From Candidatus Thorarchaeota archaeon (GTDB lineage: Archaea; Asgardarchaeota; Thorarchaeia; Thorarchaeales; Thorarchaeaceae), in the NCBI GenBank assembly GCA_016839605.1, contig JAEOTX010000222.1, forward strand, positions 1-19,074: a stretch of 19,074 nucleotides of DNA, read 5' to 3'. Of this stretch, positions 16,847 through 19,074 are shown piece after piece (the stretch's first letter is position 1; the number at the start of each line of letters is the position of its first letter). Under the pieces are notes generated by a model. The model was not told the DNA's origin. It saw nothing but the letters and a program-made list of their open reading frames with translations, and ran no database searches. The position numbers and the translations under genes are program-made.

Positions 16847-17986
16847 TCAGAATCTCTGATGCTTCCTTCGCTTACGCGCATACCATGAATGATCCGTGAT
16901 TCCCTTTGAATTCTCCCAAGATCTGGTCTCGTAGAACTGAACTGGATGGACTACATATGGACACAGAGGATCGAATACGGTTCTAAGATAGACTGGACAG
17001 AGGGTGTGCTTCTGCATAGTCTCGCATTTGGGAGGTTCATACTCTTTGCCTTTGATATGGTCGATTTGATAGCTTGCAAGACTCCGCACAAAATCTGGTG
17101 CAGCTCTGAATATTCTCATCATATCATCTTTGCCCATTCCAATCTTGAGAAAGAATGCTGCCATCGCGAATCTACCGAAATGTGAAACGTTCTTCTGATT
17201 AATAGAGTCTTGATGTAGCTGCGCGATGCAAGGAGGGAACGATGTCACAGATTCCGCAGTGTATTCCATTGGTTCCCATTCCTTTCTTCTAGATTCCATC
17301 TCACTTTCGAATCGCTGGACTGCTTCTGTGATTCGCATTGGGAGAGTAGGAACTCGGATTTCACTCTGAACGATGAGATTCTTGAATTTCCCCGACATCA
17401 ATCTATGAAGCTCCGACTTGCGGACTGGCACCCAACCTGCATCGAGATGGCGGTTAATCAGCTTCCATTGCATGCTTCTGAAACTGGGAGCGACCTCTAG
17501 GAAGTCCTCGAATCGTATTCGGTATTCGAAGCTTCTAAGCGAGAGAGGAAGTCTTGACCTCTCGATGCTTGTGCCAGTGGACTCTATGCTCCATCCGAGG
17601 GAATCAGTACAGAGAGCCCTCACAACTCGGCCCCTCTCCGAAGAAAGGTGTTTATTGACAGCTTTGGATTCAGCCTCAGCTTGAATCCTCCTCAATCCAG
17701 GACTGTTTAGATTGAGGCACACTTTTTCAACAATCAGTCGCGCTGCTTGATACACAAGTACAGCTGATTCTCGATCAATCTCAGGTACTTTGACCTCTGA
17801 CTGCGTAATTGCTGCATAGACGCGTTCTTCAGCTTCTTCAATCAAATCATTGTTTCCAGACTCATTAAGGATGCTGATTAGGGAGCCAACATCCCTAGCT
17901 AGTTTTTGAGCGGCAGATCTGGCTTCCACTGAAAAAGGATATTTCAGATGCTCAAGTGAAACCGCCAAGATTCTCTTGCCTCTCAC
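16847..17986 (-). CDS. priL: Archaeal DNA primase large subunit
   Basis: KYPF N-terminus, WKLINR, FPPCI, HFGRF, YQIDHI, PPKCETMQKHTLCP..LCP..HP (four-Cys Fe-S domain). Confidence 0.93.
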   Translation of the reverse strand: MRGKRILAVSLEHLKYPFSVEARSAAQKLARDVGSLISILNESGNNDLIEEAEERVYAAITQSEVKVPEIDRESAVLVYQAARLIVEKVCLNLNSPGLRRIQAEAESKAVNKHLSSERGRVVRALCTDSLGWSIESTGTSIERSRLPLSLRSFEYRIRFEDFLEVAPSFRSMQWKLINRHLDAGWVPVRKSELHRLMSGKFKNLIVQSEIRVPTLPMRITEAVQRFESEMESRRKEWEPMEYTAESVTSFPPCIAQLHQDSINQKNVSHFGRFAMAAFFLKIGMGKDDMMRIFRAAPDFVRSLASYQIDHIKGKEYEPPKCETMQKHTLCPVYLRTVFDPLCPYVVHPVQFYETRSWENSKGITDHSWYARKRRKHQRF

Positions 17987-18020
17987 AAGTATTCAGTCAG
18001 ACTCGCCAAATAAACTGTCC

Positions 18021-18239
18021 TTAACGACTACTATCGTACCGACTGCCAAACGTCGGTCTATAATTATCGATTCCTCTTGTATAGTACTTCCTTCCACATG
18101 AATCACATTGAAACATCTGTATGCCTCTTAATCGCCCCCATCGATCAAAAATGCGATGCACATGATGACTATGGCATCGTGGACACTCTGCATCCGATGC
18201 TTCATATGCCCACGGAGAGCGATTTCGTTTCGTCTTCAT
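18021..18239 (-). CDS. Small C4 Zn-ribbon protein
   Basis: CPRCHS...FQCDSCGRKY; co-oriented between thioredoxin and priL. Start 18239, 18251 or 18260. Confidence 0.7.
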   Translation of the reverse strand: MKTKRNRSPWAYEASDAECPRCHSHHVHRIFDRWGRLRGIQMFQCDSCGRKYYTRGIDNYRPTFGSRYDSSR

Positions 18240-18274
18240 TAAAAGCCTCATACTAGTCATGATGGTGTGCCATC

Positions 18275-18814
18275 TTAGGTTCGACCCAAGACATAGTCAG
18301 ATCTCATCAGAAGGTTCATGAATTCGCCCAGACTTTGGCGCAGAATCTCAGAGTCACTGTATAAATTCCTGAGGGAAACCTTCCTGTCGTCTTGGGACGG
18401 CTTAGATTTCTCATTCACCTGTTTGTAAGCTGCATTTGGCCGCTCGACCCATCGGCAGAGCTCCTCATTCTCCGCACTCAAGAACAAAACCACAGGAGTC
18501 TTTCGCTTTCCATTCACCTTGTATTGCTGATGGAGATTGATGTTCTTGTCGCTATCCAGAATACGCAATTTCAGTCTTGGTGAGAGGGCGGTCATTCGGG
18601 CAAGCACGGGGATGTTGCCAGCAGAGTCGTCACAGCGATCTGCGCCAATTACAAGGATTCGAATCTCATTTTGAATACTACCAAGTACATCCTGTTCAGA
18701 CTCGTTTAGCAAAAGATCGGCATATCGGGCTTTCATTAACTCGACGTTCTCTCGAGCATTCTTCAGAAAGGCGTCATATTCCACAGCACTGTCCCAATCT
18801 GCAGTCTCACACAT
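18275..18814 (-). CDS. Thioredoxin-family protein (Thioredoxin_9-like) with CxxS motif
   Basis: ILVIGADRCDDSAGNIPVL, NGKRKTP (cis-Pro loop), RWVERP. Confidence 0.85.
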   Translation of the reverse strand: MCETADWDSAVEYDAFLKNARENVELMKARYADLLLNESEQDVLGSIQNEIRILVIGADRCDDSAGNIPVLARMTALSPRLKLRILDSDKNINLHQQYKVNGKRKTPVVLFLSAENEELCRWVERPNAAYKQVNEKSKPSQDDRKVSLRNLYSDSEILRQSLGEFMNLLMRSDYVLGRT

Positions 18815-18961
18815 GCTTTACCAACTCAATGTTATCGAAGAATTACGCTGGACATGCCAGCAGTTACAATTTGTAGTGTTCGAATAAAAGGATTGCTTGA
18901 TGTGCATTTCTGTGCAAGAAGTGGAGGCAAATCTATATTCAGCCATTCATGAATGAGTTGC

Positions 18962-19074
18962 ATGGTAGAAGCAACTCGCAGAGCCCTAGAGGAGGATCTC
19001 AGGAGTCGAATGGACAAAGAGAAAGGAAAGATGGTAGCTAGCTACATGAAGACGTCAAGTCTTCAGTTTCTTGG
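18962..19074 (+). CDS. DNA alkylation repair (AlkD-like) protein, 5' fragment
   Basis: Manual translation MVEATRRALEEDLRSRMDKEKGKMVASYMKTSSLQFLG resembles the family's YMK..FxG N-terminal motif; CAAA-TCTATATT promoter-like element at 18928-18939; open to the window edge. Confidence 0.65.
   Translation, partial: MVEATRRALEEDLRSRMDKEKGKMVASYMKTSSLQFL

Noticed and set aside
18021-18260. Zn ribbon as an IS1/IS1595 transposase remnant
   Set aside because: No HTH or DDE domain, terminal inverted repeats or target duplication seen; it sits cleanly between co-oriented genes.
18847-18875. Short inverted repeats GCTGG-N5-CCAGC and TACAA-T-TTGTA in the divergent spacer
   Set aside because: Five-bp arms are expected by chance; could be operators but unsupported.
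1-19074. CRISPR arrays, IS elements, integrases, rRNA, defence systems
   Set aside because: No regularly spaced repeats or recognisable genes were seen by eye, and the intergenic gaps are too short to hold them.

Overview
Archaeal core-genome window, gene-dense and showing archaeal signals (BRE/TATA promoters, GGTGA ribosome-binding sites, PriL, ABCE1, a box C/D sRNA). An Asgard/Thorarchaeota-like origin is a guess from gene content, not something the sequence proves. Order: ABCE1/Rli1 (minus, cut by the left edge, absent from the ORF track); two hypothetical proteins; an intergenic box C/D guide sRNA with its own promoter; a YkgJ-PHP-amidohydrolase-Mut7-C run; OsmC; Zn-dependent dehydrogenase; stand-alone Toprim; a four-gene type VII (MacB/LolCDE-like) ABC operon with two ~960-aa permeases and an ATPase fused to AbrB-like and Zn-ribbon domains; MobB; OGG1-like glycosylase; a thioredoxin(CxxS)-Zn-ribbon-priL run; and the start of an AlkD-like gene. 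The most notable observations are the unannotated C/D sRNA, whose D' guide resembles the eukaryotic SNORD74/snR64 LSU guide, and a natural Cys-to-Glu substitution in an Fe-S ligand of ABCE1. I saw no mobile elements, CRISPR arrays, tRNAs or rRNAs.
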